A stretch of 64,000 nt of DNA from an uncultured Chthonomonadaceae bacterium (lineage in GTDB: Bacteria; Armatimonadota; Chthonomonadetes; Chthonomonadales; Chthonomonadaceae), in contig CAWFQB010000002.1 of assembly GCA_963817895.1 (NCBI GenBank), positions 256,001 through 320,000 on the forward strand. The letters are read 5' to 3'. How positions within the stretch are numbered: position 1 is the stretch's first letter; the number at the start of each line of letters is the position of its first letter. Below, in pieces: positions 20,863 to 31,469 of the stretch. The notes below the pieces were generated by a model. The model ran no database searches. It had not been told where the DNA came from and worked only from the letters and a program-made list of their open reading frames with translations. The translations under genes were made by a program, and so were the position numbers.

Positions 20863-22023
20863 CTAACCTCCGTACTGCTCCGGCAGCCAGTCGCGCTTCA
20901 CGCAGTCGCGGAAACTCCAGCCGCCGCCACTCTCGGTTTTGTAGGTCCAGAAGAACCAGCCGCGCGTGGTTTCGTAGCTGATAACCTGCGCGCTGCCGTA
21001 AGCGCGAACGGCGGCATCGGCAGAAAAGCCGTTCAGCCCGCGCAGGGATTGCGGGTCAAGGGCGCATGACCATTCGCCCACCATGCCCGGCAACTGCTGC
21101 TGCATCCGGTCTAATTGCCGCTTGCGCTCCAGCCCGGCGATTTCCAGATGCGCGTAGATGTCGCGCTTTTTATCGTCGTCCGTGTAACACTGGTACAAGT
21201 GCGTGTCAAGAACCACATTACTATACTCCGGCTCCCGCATAAAGTTGGCCCACTCGTTGGGCCGAAAGCCATCGTGGATAACAACCGCCGTTCGCTCCCT
21301 GCCGACATGCTTGCGGACACGCGCGTATGCGTCCTGATAATACGTTTTCAAAATGTCCAGCGGCACATCCCATCGCGGCTCATTGAGCAGTTCAAAACCG
21401 ATAAAGTTGTCATACGCTTTGCAATGCGCGGCCAGATCGTCCACGACGCGCAGGGTATGCGCGATATTCTGCGGGCTGACGTGCCAGCCGAGTTCGCCCG
21501 CTTTGCCGCTGTGATCCCAGCCGTTCTGACTGCCGGGAGCGCCATGCAAATCCAGCAAAACCCCAATGCCGTTCGCTTTTGCCGTCCGAAACGCCCAGTC
21601 CAGCGTTTCCGCGCCATTAATGAAGGGCGGGTTGTCCTCCAGAATCCAGTAGCCGACCGGCAGCCGAACCGCGTTCAATCCCCGCGCCGCGATCCACTTG
21701 AAATCCTCCGCCGTAATCCATGTTTCGCGGTGCTGTTTCAAACGCGCGGTTGCCTTATCTTTTCCCAACTCGCGGCAAAGCGCGTACTCGTCCCCACCCT
21801 GCGCGTCCGCAAACACACCCGGCGTAATCCATTTTTCCAATACCAGCCAACTGCCTAAATTAACGCCGCGCCATTTGCTGTTCGCCTTCGGAACCTGTTG
21901 ACCGGCGGGAACGGTTGCAGGCGGCGTACTCGTCTTAGCTGTCTGCGCGATTGCCGTTTGCGCATTCAGCAACCCTGCGGCCCCGGCAAGCGTCGCGCCC
22001 CGTAAAAATCTGCGTCTGTCCAT
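20863..22023 (-). CDS. GH5 glucan 1,3-beta-glucosidase-like enzyme with Tat signal
   Basis: Motifs DRRRFL, GVNLGSWLVLEKW, DLHGAPGSQN, LLNEP, GEWS and FFWTYK. Confidence 0.9.
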   Translation of the reverse strand: MDRRRFLRGATLAGAAGLLNAQTAIAQTAKTSTPPATVPAGQQVPKANSKWRGVNLGSWLVLEKWITPGVFADAQGGDEYALCRELGKDKATARLKQHRETWITAEDFKWIAARGLNAVRLPVGYWILEDNPPFINGAETLDWAFRTAKANGIGVLLDLHGAPGSQNGWDHSGKAGELGWHVSPQNIAHTLRVVDDLAAHCKAYDNFIGFELLNEPRWDVPLDILKTYYQDAYARVRKHVGRERTAVVIHDGFRPNEWANFMREPEYSNVVLDTHLYQCYTDDDKKRDIYAHLEIAGLERKRQLDRMQQQLPGMVGEWSCALDPQSLRGLNGFSADAAVRAYGSAQVISYETTRGWFFWTYKTESGGGWSFRDCVKRDWLPEQYGG

Positions 22024-22400
22024 GAAGTTCTTCGCGCCTTTCTCATCCCGGCACAATCGGTCTTCTGACCGCTGCTCTATATAGTTCTGCGTCTATTATA
22101 CACCGCAGATTATAACTCAAGATCGGACACAGAGCAAACGCCTTGTGGAAGCATAATATTACTTCCGCAATGCGTTTGGTTTTAAATTTGGATGATGTTT
22201 TCAGAGGAATTCTGCGCAGGCATGTTGAACTGCCATAATAGCATGATTGCCTGCAAGCCCCCGAACCGTAGCCGTAGCGTAAGGAAGCGATGCGCCTGTT
22301 CCCTTCGGCTGGCAGCGCTCTTCGCAGGCGCGTACAGGCTGATGCCGTCGCTTCCATTCCCGACCAATGCTGATTTCTCTCGACCGAGAAGGAGTTACTC

Positions 22401-24033
22401 ATGTTCACTGCTCTGCGCAAATCCTGCTCTACTCGTATCGTGAAGACTGCGCTCGCGTCTGCGTTGCTTCTCCTGCCTGTGGTATCTTACGCGCAAACCT
22501 TTTTCGGTTCCGGCGGATCCACAAACACAGCCCCAAATGCGCCGAATGTGGCTCTTGGCTACCAGGCTCTCTTCTCCAACACTACCGGTGGTAACAACAT
22601 CGCCACTGGCTATCAAGCCCTCTTCTTCAATACTACCGGTTCCATAAACACCGCCAATGGCTACCAGGCGCTCTATTCCAACACTACTGGCGACAGTAAC
22701 GTCGCTAATGGCTACCAGGCCCTCTTCTTCAATACTACAGGTAGCGGTAACATCGCTAATGGCTACCAGGCGCTCTACTCCAACACTACAGGTTACGGCA
22801 ATACTGCCTATGGCGTCTCCGCTCTGCTCTCCAACACCACTGGGTTCAACAATAACGCCAATGGTACGGATGCGCTCTACTCCAACACGACCGGTACTGA
22901 TAACATCGCTATTGGCACAGCGGCTCTCTACCTCAACATCACCGGCCACAACAACACCGCCACCGGTAGTTTTGCTCTCTACTCCAACACCAGCGGTGAC
23001 AGTAACATCGCCACCGGTAATCTTGCTCTCTACTCCAACACCATCGGCGCCTACAACACCGCCAGCGGTTATCGATCCCTCTTCTCCAACACCACCGGCG
23101 CTTACAACGTTGCCAGCGGCTTTGAAGCCCTCCAGGCCAACACGACAGGCAACTACAACACAGCCAATGGCGTCGCCGCCCTCCTCTCCAACACCACCGG
23201 CGAACAGAACATCGCCAACGGCATCTCTGCCCTTGCTTCCAATACTACGGGTACTTACAACGCGGCCAACGGCGCGAATAGCCTCTTCGCCAATACGACC
23301 GGCAACTACAACACGGCCAGCGGCGCCTATGCTCTGTTCTCCAACACGACGGGCAGCAACAACATTGGCATGGGCTTCGGAGCCGGTCAGAACCTGACCA
23401 GCGGCAACAACAACATCGCAATCGGTAGTCAGGGCGTCGCAGGCGAAATCGGGAACCATTCGTTTAGGCGCGCCGGGACTGCAAGGCGCAACTTACATCG
23501 CGGGCATCAACGGCGTGACAGCAAGCGGCGGCGTAGCAGTTTATATCAACGCCAACGGGCAACTCGGCACAATCACGTCCTCACGCCGCTTCAAGAACGA
23601 GATTCAGGATATGGGTTCGGTGAGCGAGAAACTGATGCAGTTACGGCCTGTTACGTTCCGCTACAAGGACACGGCAGAGAAAGGAACGCACGCGCGGCAA
23701 TACGGCTTGATTGCCGAAGAAGTGGCGAAGGTGTATCCCGATCTGGTTCAGTACGACAAAGCGGGCAAGCCCTTCACCATCTACTACCACCTGCTCACCC
23801 CGATGTTGTTGAACGAACTTCAAAAAGAACACCGGCAGCAGCAGGCGCAGAAGACGGAACTTTCAACTTTGAAAACCGCTCACGCAGTGGAAATCGCCGC
23901 CCTGAAATCGGAATTAACAGCCCTGAAACAGACGCAGCAGCAGCAATTCGCCGCAATAACGAAACTAACAACCCTCGTGGCCGCGTCTCAGAATAAAGCG
24001 TCGGCGCAAAAAGCCGTTTATATGCCGCGCTGA
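22401..24033 (+). CDS. Secreted 14-aa-repeat protein with C-terminal peptidase S74-like chaperone domain and coiled coil (one frameshift at ~23446)
   Basis: Signal peptide, about 20 repeats of NTTGxxNxAxGxxAL, then SSRRFKNEI...LRPVTFRYK...YGLIAEEV..VYPDLV. Confidence 0.85.
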
Positions 24034-24069
24034 TGGAAAAGTCAGGTTGATTGGAAGGAAACCCCTGCT

Positions 24070-24954
24070 ATGCCCGCTACGGAGAACATTCTGGACGCCG
24101 CGTTTATGAAGAAACTGGAACGGCTGTCACTGGTCAGCCGCAAAGCGTTCGCGGGGCAGATGAAGGGCGAAAAACGATCCGTAAAGCGGGGAACCAGCAT
24201 CGAGTTCGCGGATTATCGCGAATATATGCCCGGTGACGATCTGCGCTATGTGGACTGGAACACCGCCGCGCGTTCCGACAAGATGTTTCTCAAGCTGTTT
24301 GTCGAGGAGGAGGATTTGTACCTTGCCCTGCTTCTCGACAACAGCAAAAGCATGGACTTCGGCAATCCCAAAAAGCTGCATTACGCCGTCCGCCTGTGCG
24401 CCGCGCTGGGCTACATCGGCCTGACCAATTATGACCGCGTTTCCATCCAGCCGTATGCCGACGGATCGGGACGGCCTATGCCCACGCAGCGCGGCAAGGG
24501 CGGCGTGATGCCGTTCTTCTCCTATCTGGAAAAAATTCAGCCGGGAGGAACCACGTCGTTTGCCGCCAGCATGCGCCGCTTCGCCGCAACCGTGAAAAGC
24601 AAGGGCGTGGCGATTGTGGTATCGGACTTCTTTGACCCCAACTGGCAGGACGGCCTGAAATCCCTGCTGGCGCGCGGCTTTCAGGTGGTTGTGCTGCACA
24701 CCCTTTCGGAAGACGAAATCAAGCCTGTCCTGCTCGGCGACCTGCGTATCATTGACAGCGAAACGGGCGATTCCAAAGAGATGAGCGTGAATCCGCAGCT
24801 GATGGCGCGTTACCAGCAGACCTTCGACGCCTTTTGCGCGGAAATCGAATCCTTCTGCCACCGCTACGGCATAGATTACCTGCGTACCTCCACTGCCACG
24901 CCCTTTGAAGATTTGGTATTGAAGTATCTGCGGCGGGGAGGGTTGGTAAAGTGA
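24070..24954 (+). CDS. DUF58 family (vWA-like, MoxR-associated) protein
   Basis: EFADYREYMPGDDLRYVDWN, LLLDNSKSM and VVSDF. Confidence 0.9.
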   Translation: MPATENILDAAFMKKLERLSLVSRKAFAGQMKGEKRSVKRGTSIEFADYREYMPGDDLRYVDWNTAARSDKMFLKLFVEEEDLYLALLLDNSKSMDFGNPKKLHYAVRLCAALGYIGLTNYDRVSIQPYADGSGRPMPTQRGKGGVMPFFSYLEKIQPGGTTSFAASMRRFAATVKSKGVAIVVSDFFDPNWQDGLKSLLARGFQVVVLHTLSEDEIKPVLLGDLRIIDSETGDSKEMSVNPQLMARYQQTFDAFCAEIESFCHRYGIDYLRTSTATPFEDLVLKYLRRGGLVK

Positions 24955-24976
24955 GAGTAAGGACTCGCCAGTAAAC

Positions 24977-27388
24977 TCAATAATTGTTCACATTGCTGAG
25001 TCGCGCGTCAAACCAACCGAAGACCCGCTCCCATAAATCCTCAATTTGTCGCGGCGTCCACGAAAACCAGCTATGCGTCCCGTCTTTGTACCGGGCCATC
25101 ACTACCTCTTTGTCCAGGCGGCGCAGCCCGCAGAACATCTCTACCGCCTGTCTTATGTGGCCGTGATCCTCTTCTCCGACGATCAGCAGCAGGGGCGTCT
25201 CAACCCGGTCGAGGTAAAAGACGGGCGAATTGCGGATGTAACGCTCCTGCTGTTCCCAGAGTGTGCCGCCCATTCGCCCCTGTTCCCCCTCGAGCCACCC
25301 CGTCCAGCCGGGGCCATCGGCATCGCCCCCGCCCAGATAGAAACTCACCAGGTTTCCATTGGGAGCGCTGCTCACCGCCGCCTTGAACCGTTGCGTCTGT
25401 GTAATCAGGCAGTTGACCATATAGCCCCCGTAACTGTGGCCGATGACGCCGACACGTTCGCCATCCACCAGCCCGGTTGCAATTGCGGCATCAAGACCCG
25501 ACAAAACTACCTGCGTAATCTCCTGTAACGGCTCATTGCCCGTCAGGGGAATATCGGGATGCAGGACGCCATAGCCATGCGCCACAAAATACTCCGGGTT
25601 CAACACCACGGAAGCCTCCGCCCGATTGAAATGCTGGATGTACCCGGATACAATAGCGCCCGGATAGCCCCAGACAATCAGGGGCGCTTTCGCTTCGGGA
25701 GTGGCAGTTGGCGGAAGGAGCAAAATACCTTTCGCTGTTCGGTTGTCATCCAGGTTCCATTCCAGAAGTTGGGGCTGTGAGAAGCGGACACCGCGCAGAC
25801 GAGGGTTGACACAGGTGACTTGCCGCGCCGCATGAGTGGCCGGGTCGAAGAGATAAAGGTCGGGAGGGGTTGTCGCGTCCTCCCTGTGAAAGACGAACGC
25901 TCCCGTCTCTTCAGCGACATCCAGAAAGAAATGGTCTGCCCGAACAAGACAGTCCGACATTTCGAGCAGCGGGAATGCATCGCCCCCTGACAGCGGCACT
26001 CGGTAGAAGCCAACTTTGCCCTTTTCAGAATCGCGCGCGAAGACCATAATCGCCGCGCCGCCATCCATTGTCTGGGCCGTGCCGCTTACATTCGGGCTAA
26101 CAATCATGCGGGCTTGCAAATGGAGATTGGGCGTGAGGTTTCGGGGCGGACTGCCATCCAGAGAAAACTGCCACACCGCGCCCTCTCCAACGCAGAAAAG
26201 GCGCGCGCTGTCGGGCGTCCAGAGTGGCGGCTCGTAATCGTTGTTGAAACCCGGCAGGGGAGTTCCCTCCACTTCGAGGCGGCGCGTCTGTTCCTCCGGG
26301 CTGTTTACAGCCTCCTGCGTCAGTATGCGCAACACGCCATTCTGTACGTTTATCACAATCACATCTTGCTTTTCCGTTGATTCGCTGCCGCCGGTCGTGT
26401 AAGCAAGATGGGCGCAGTCCGGGGACCAGGCGAAAGCAACGCCGTAGCCCAGGGGAAGGCCGGTAATCCATGGAGAATGTTCGGGTGTCTGCCCATCCTG
26501 CGACAGCAACGGGTTGGCGGGAACAGGAATCAGGTAGAGATCAAAAATCGGCTCGATGCGGCTCATATCTTCAAAACGGACATTTCCGCTGACGGCAAGC
26601 TGCCTGCCGTCGGGAGCAACTTCAAAACTGCGGATGCTGGCGCCACTCTGAATACGATGCGCCACTCCCGTCTGCGCATCAGCCATCACAAGGTCCGTTA
26701 CCCCGCCAAAAGCGGTCGCGCCGCCGGCGCGCATCGGAATCGCCTCTGCCGTTGGAGCGCGCCTCGCGCGGGCTGCCGGCGACTCCCAAATTTTGGGATC
26801 ATCTGTCTTCTCCGGTTCCGTAGGCGCGGCAGACGGCGAAGGTGTTTCGCGTTGTGAAACCGGCAGCGCTTTGAAGAAAACATGGCGGCTGTCGGGCGAC
26901 CAACGGGCTGTTTCAAACTCGAAATGAACGTATACCACAGGCTCGGCAAAGACGCGCAGGTGATCGGTGTCTCGGCGCCAGACACAGAGATGCGCCTCGC
27001 CTGTGTGGTCGGAAAAGAAGGCCAGACTCTGACCATCCGGCGACCACCGCCCGCCCCAACTGGTTCCTGTCTCTGTCAAGGCCCATGACTTGCTTTGCTC
27101 AATGTCGAGAACGTATGCCGTACAGCCCACCTGTACGCGGGGCACATGGTTTTCTATGCGGCTCGCGCTCTCCTGAACCTGCTGAAGATAGTTGTGGGTG
27201 GTGTAGGCCAGGAAGCGACCATCCGGGGACAAATCCAGCGGTGTACGCCCCCAAAATTCATGGAAAGCAAGCCCATCTTTAACGGTAAATCCTCTCGTGT
27301 CAGAAGCAGTTTGCAGAACTTCAGGCACGGAGCAACCTCCTGTATAGAAAGCGGACAGTTCGCTATCCCTCCTGGTCAGGATAATCAT
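24977..27388 (-). CDS. S9 family peptidase with beta-propeller
   Basis: WSPDG repeats, GHSYGG nucleophile, SPVFYLDRVETPLLLIVG and a catalytic His near the C-terminus. The start may be downstream (~27328). Confidence 0.88.
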   Translation of the reverse strand: MIILTRRDSELSAFYTGGCSVPEVLQTASDTRGFTVKDGLAFHEFWGRTPLDLSPDGRFLAYTTHNYLQQVQESASRIENHVPRVQVGCTAYVLDIEQSKSWALTETGTSWGGRWSPDGQSLAFFSDHTGEAHLCVWRRDTDHLRVFAEPVVYVHFEFETARWSPDSRHVFFKALPVSQRETPSPSAAPTEPEKTDDPKIWESPAARARRAPTAEAIPMRAGGATAFGGVTDLVMADAQTGVAHRIQSGASIRSFEVAPDGRQLAVSGNVRFEDMSRIEPIFDLYLIPVPANPLLSQDGQTPEHSPWITGLPLGYGVAFAWSPDCAHLAYTTGGSESTEKQDVIVINVQNGVLRILTQEAVNSPEEQTRRLEVEGTPLPGFNNDYEPPLWTPDSARLFCVGEGAVWQFSLDGSPPRNLTPNLHLQARMIVSPNVSGTAQTMDGGAAIMVFARDSEKGKVGFYRVPLSGGDAFPLLEMSDCLVRADHFFLDVAEETGAFVFHREDATTPPDLYLFDPATHAARQVTCVNPRLRGVRFSQPQLLEWNLDDNRTAKGILLLPPTATPEAKAPLIVWGYPGAIVSGYIQHFNRAEASVVLNPEYFVAHGYGVLHPDIPLTGNEPLQEITQVVLSGLDAAIATGLVDGERVGVIGHSYGGYMVNCLITQTQRFKAAVSSAPNGNLVSFYLGGGDADGPGWTGWLEGEQGRMGGTLWEQQERYIRNSPVFYLDRVETPLLLIVGEEDHGHIRQAVEMFCGLRRLDKEVVMARYKDGTHSWFSWTPRQIEDLWERVFGWFDARLSNVNNY

Positions 27389-27520
27389 AATGGAGAAGAA
27401 ACCGGGTTAAGGAATGGCTTTGAGGGTTTCAAAGCTCTTACAAAGCGCTCTTTTAGCGTATTAGGGCGCGCTGATATTATTAAGACTGACAGCAGCAGAT
27501 CATTAGTTCTCTATGAGGAA

Positions 27521-28662
27521 CTCACCTTACGCAGGCGAGCAGTTTGTAGTCACAGATTTGCTGTTGTTGACGGTAGAATAGTGTCATGGACAAACAACTT
27601 CTGGACCTTTACTCAGACTATCTCCTTTGTTCGTTCGGCCTGACTACCGCGACGGGCCTTTCCACCCTGCTCGACGGCGCGATTAGCCACGACAAGATCA
27701 CGCGGTTCTTGTCAGGACGTGACTTCACTTCTTCGGACCTGTGGCATCTGGTCAAACCCTTGGTACGGCAGGTACAATGTGAAGACGCAGTTCTGGTCTT
27801 CGATGACAGCATCGAAGAAAAACTCTATACGGATGAAAGCGAACTCATTTGCTGGCATTGGGATCATTGCTTCAACCGCAACGTGAAGGGCATCAACATT
27901 CTGACCTGTTTGTATCGCGCGCCCACTGCCGCTCTGCCCGTTGCCTTCGAGTTGATCCAAAAGTCGGCTTGGGAAACGCATAAGAAGACGGGCAAACCCA
28001 AGCGAGTGTGTCCCAAGACCAAGAACGAATACCTGCGCGAGATGGTGGCGCAATGTCAGAAGAACCAATTGCCTTTTCGCTATGTCCTGGCCGACGCTTG
28101 GTTCAGCGCGGCAGAAACGATGATGCACCTCAAAAACGAAGGCAAAACCGACTTTATCTTCCCGATTAAGGCCAACCGCAAGGTGGCTTTGTCCCAGGAA
28201 GACAAGTTGGCAGGCCGCTATATGCCCGTATCCTCGCTTTGCTGCGAAGCGGACGCCGTATTGAACATCTGGCTGGAGGGGGTAAACTTCCCCCTTCTGC
28301 TGTGTAAGCAGGTCTTTACAAACAAGGACGGCAGCCAGGGCGTTCTCTATCTCGTGACGAGTGACACGACGTTAAGCGGTTGCGACATCCAGACGATCTA
28401 CCAAAAACGGTGGAAAGTGGAAGAGTATCACAAATCGGTCAAGAGCAATGCGAGTTTCGCCAAGTCGCCGACCAAAACTATTCGGACCCAGAGCAACCAT
28501 ATCTTCGCCTGTTTATGGGCGTATGTGAAGTTGGAAAGTCTGCGTTTGCAGACGCGCTTGAACCATTTTGCGATGAAAGGCAGGCTCTACAAAGCGGCCC
28601 TTGCCAGCGCCTACCGCGAACTACAACTGCTCAAAGGCATGAGTGCGCCTGCGTAAGGTGAG
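27521..28662 (+). mobile_element. Complete insertion sequence, IS701-like
   Basis: Perfect 17-bp terminal inverted repeats CTCACCTTACGCAGGCG (27521-27537 and 28646-28662). Flanking direct repeat TGAGGAA (27514-27520 and 28663-28669). Confidence 0.92.
27586..28656 (+). CDS. DDE transposase (IS701-like)
   Basis: Motifs SHDKITRFL, LVFDDS, VLADAWF and YQKRWKVEEYHK. Confidence 0.92.
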   Translation: MDKQLLDLYSDYLLCSFGLTTATGLSTLLDGAISHDKITRFLSGRDFTSSDLWHLVKPLVRQVQCEDAVLVFDDSIEEKLYTDESELICWHWDHCFNRNVKGINILTCLYRAPTAALPVAFELIQKSAWETHKKTGKPKRVCPKTKNEYLREMVAQCQKNQLPFRYVLADAWFSAAETMMHLKNEGKTDFIFPIKANRKVALSQEDKLAGRYMPVSSLCCEADAVLNIWLEGVNFPLLLCKQVFTNKDGSQGVLYLVTSDTTLSGCDIQTIYQKRWKVEEYHKSVKSNASFAKSPTKTIRTQSNHIFACLWAYVKLESLRLQTRLNHFAMKGRLYKAALASAYRELQLLKGMSAPA

Positions 28663-28811
28663 TGAGGAAAAAGTCGCGCTGAAAAGCGCGCAGGTTAGAG
28701 AGGCTACGCCCCGCTCTGCGCCGCCGGGCAAACAGGGATTCAGCAGATTGGGATGCCACTGCCGCTTCGCGGGCAATTGCATTGAGAGTGATAGAAAAGT
28801 CTTGTTCACTC

Positions 28812-29582
28812 TCACTCTCCACTCTTACTTCTCCGCAGTTTCTCCAGCGCGCGCTTCCAGGCGTTTCTCTCCTCGCCCCATGCTTCGCCCCGGAAACGGT
28901 AGTCGTTTTTGCGGACGATCTCTTCCAGTTCGGTTTGCAGGGCGGCGAGTTTCGCGCTTTCCAATTGCAGCAGGCGGGCGGCGGCAGGGGGAGCGGACGC
29001 CGCGACGATTTGCGCGACATGGGGAACGCATAAGCCGGGATTAGTTTCCAGCGCGTTCCAGACGGTTGTTTGGGCGGTGGGATGATCTAATCCGGCGGCA
29101 AGGGCGCGGACATAGCGCGTGTCAGCCTGCTGCTGCTGTACGCAGGCGGGGCAGGGCGCGTCGGGGGATTGTATTTGGCGATGGCCGGAGCGCAGGCGGC
29201 GCAACAAAGACAGTTGCGATTGTTGGGGAGATTGTTGCTGCCAGCGTTCGCGCGTCAGGCGGGCAAGGTCGGCATACAGTATGGAAATGGCAAGCGCTTC
29301 ACCCATGTTCGATAACACGCCGGTATGCGAACCGCAAAATCCCTGCGCGCTCCGCAGCATTTCGCGGGCGGCAGGGTCGTTGACATATTCGGACAGAAAC
29401 GTTCGCAGCCAGCGCTCTACGCTGCGCGCGCTCAGGCGGCAAACCACGCAGGCAGTTAATGTTTCGGAGGTCGGGGAAATGGACGAAGAGGCAGGCGCGG
29501 GCGCAGGCGCTTGCAGCGCCGTCACCAGTTCGTACAGCGCGGATTCGAGAGGCATGGCGGAACGGTCAGGCGGCGTTTCCAC
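28812..29582 (-). CDS. DUF6062-like protein
   Basis: Duplicated CxxC ... GFCxxH / GLCxxH metal-binding motifs, and DYRFRGEAWGEE. Confidence 0.7.
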   Translation of the reverse strand: METPPDRSAMPLESALYELVTALQAPAPAPASSSISPTSETLTACVVCRLSARSVERWLRTFLSEYVNDPAAREMLRSAQGFCGSHTGVLSNMGEALAISILYADLARLTRERWQQQSPQQSQLSLLRRLRSGHRQIQSPDAPCPACVQQQQADTRYVRALAAGLDHPTAQTTVWNALETNPGLCVPHVAQIVAASAPPAAARLLQLESAKLAALQTELEEIVRKNDYRFRGEAWGEERNAWKRALEKLRRSKSGE

Positions 29583-29587
29583 AGGCG

Positions 29588-30853
29588 TCAGGGCCGCATA
29601 AACCAGCGACGCGGGCCACGCGGCGCATTGGCTTGTTCAGGCTCGGATGAGCGCGACTCGGATGCTTGCGAGTCGGACAACTGCGCTTCGGTTTGCGGCA
29701 AGTCGGTTTGTGAAGGTTCAGGTTGTTCCACAGATTGTTCTGAATGTGTTTGCGCAGGCGTCGTCTGAACTTCAAAATCTTCCCTGTGAAGCGCGACGCC
29801 GTTCAGCGTGCCGTGAAGAAAGCGATACTCTTGCAGTGATACCGCAGTGTTGGGAGGCGCGATGTCATTAGCAGGGGAAGCCACACGGGAAGCAACGTCG
29901 TTGGCGGCGGCAGGAACGCTCTCCGTATTATGCGCTTCCAAAAGTTCGTTAGAAGGAACATCCTCCCTGGTATTGGCCTGTTGTGGTCCCGCGGCAGAGT
30001 TCGCCTCCTCGAACGCGGGCGGCGTGATTTCAAACTCCGTAACCGGCGACACAAACGTCGTCCCCGCGTTCATCGTCGGCTCAAAAAAACCCACAGGCAA
30101 GGATGAAGGATGCAGGATGAAGGATGAATCCTCCCCTTCTCGTATCTCGTATCTCGTATCTCGTATCTCTTCTTTTCCCTGTCCGTCTTCTCCCCCGTCT
30201 TCCAGCAACAGGGGCGGGGCGTCGCCTTCGAGGGCGGCGAGTTCGTAGGGAGTCAGGCGGGCGACTTCGGAAATCTCCAGCGGGCGTTGGGTGGCGCGAA
30301 CGTTCTGGCGCAGCTGCTGGATTTCCGCGCGCTGGTACTGCATGGCGAGGCTGACAGCCTCCATTTGCCGCGTGTTCGCCTGCACCTCGCCGGCAAGCGT
30401 GGTAAAAGCGTCAACGGCCAGTCGGCGGGCTTCCGCTTCCATGTTGGCCTGATGCGCCCTGTTGTCCGTTTCCATCGCGTTCAGGCGGGCAGACAGGGCT
30501 TCCACGGTTGCTTCCAACGCTTCGAGGCTTTTGGACTGCTGAATGTTGATGCGTTCGACCTCTTCGGAATGTTGAACTACGTCTTCCATCTGTGTCTCAT
30601 GCTGACTGCGCAGTTGCGTTATCTCCTCGCTCTTATGCGCCAGTCGGGTTTGCAGAATTGCCGAGCCGAAAACGGGCAGCAGGGCCAGCAGCGCGAAACT
30701 GTCTATCAACCATAGCAGGGGCAACTGACGCTGCGCCCACCACAGGGCAGTGGGGTTCAGGCTGTTGCTGGCTTCCGCAAACGTCGCGCCCAGTACAAAG
30801 GCGACGGCAACAACCACGCTGATAATGATGCGCAAAATAGTGCCTGGTTTCAT
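29588..30853 (-). CDS. Membrane-anchored coiled-coil hypothetical protein
   Basis: Two N-terminal TM segments, a coiled coil and a disordered tail. Contains an in-frame heptamer cassette at ~30100-30180. Confidence 0.65.
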   Translation of the reverse strand: MKPGTILRIIISVVVAVAFVLGATFAEASNSLNPTALWWAQRQLPLLWLIDSFALLALLPVFGSAILQTRLAHKSEEITQLRSQHETQMEDVVQHSEEVERINIQQSKSLEALEATVEALSARLNAMETDNRAHQANMEAEARRLAVDAFTTLAGEVQANTRQMEAVSLAMQYQRAEIQQLRQNVRATQRPLEISEVARLTPYELAALEGDAPPLLLEDGGEDGQGKEEIRDTRYEIREGEDSSFILHPSSLPVGFFEPTMNAGTTFVSPVTEFEITPPAFEEANSAAGPQQANTREDVPSNELLEAHNTESVPAAANDVASRVASPANDIAPPNTAVSLQEYRFLHGTLNGVALHREDFEVQTTPAQTHSEQSVEQPEPSQTDLPQTEAQLSDSQASESRSSEPEQANAPRGPRRWFMRP

Positions 30854-30920
30854 AGCAAAACCTCTAAAAACCTCGAAAATGTGAAGTCCTCCAGAATTCT
30901 ATGTAGAGGCTGCTCTAGTT

Positions 30921-31469
30921 TTACTTTAACAACTTGGTATTGCATGTTAGAATAGAAATGCCTGATGCTTGAAAATCGCCGTCGTGAGTCACAAGTGTAA
31001 TATTTCGTTTTTCACACAACAGTGCCAGCATAAGATCATTGAAATCTGACACTCCCTGTTCAAAAATATCTAACATTGCAGCTTGGTCAACAGTTGACAA
31101 CCCGGTTTCTATGGGTTCACAATCGTCAAGAATGCGCCGCGAGTAATCTGCTATGGCTTCTGCTACAGGTTTGAACAGGTTGCTGTTCCGATACGCTTTG
31201 AATGTAAGCGCCTCATCTTCTCTCCGTGCCAATTCGTACTCTAAACGCGCATATCGGTTCACGTATTCCGATAGTACAAGAACATCAATATATAAATGGC
31301 TGCTTGCTTCTTTGATGTTCTTGTAGGCATCGGAGTATGCCCAGAGCGCTTTGTTGTATGGGTCAAGGTAATATGGCGCATAAATTAACAGCCAAATGTT
31401 GGCATCGAAAATCAGTTCATCATCAGAAGTAAACGTGTAATCAGAGATGCGGCGGGAATTAGAGGCCAT
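30921..31469 (-). CDS. PIN-domain ribonuclease
   Basis: Acidic PIN motifs IFDANIW, VLSEY, DFND and LVTHDGDF. Confidence 0.85.
   Translation of the reverse strand: MASNSRRISDYTFTSDDELIFDANIWLLIYAPYYLDPYNKALWAYSDAYKNIKEASSHLYIDVLVLSEYVNRYARLEYELARREDEALTFKAYRNSNLFKPVAEAIADYSRRILDDCEPIETGLSTVDQAAMLDIFEQGVSDFNDLMLALLCEKRNITLVTHDGDFQASGISILTCNTKLLK

Noticed and set aside
22230..22400. Possible riboswitch upstream of the repeat protein, and at 38560-38720
   Set aside because: Some hairpin potential, but I recognised no conserved aptamer motif.
22395..23459. 354 aa antisense ORF, and similar shadow ORFs such as 14252-14794, 36259-36873 and 61030-62235
   Set aside because: These are antisense shadows of repetitive or GC-rich real genes.
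22401..24033. Prophage tail gene
   Set aside because: It has a signal peptide and no neighbouring phage structural genes.
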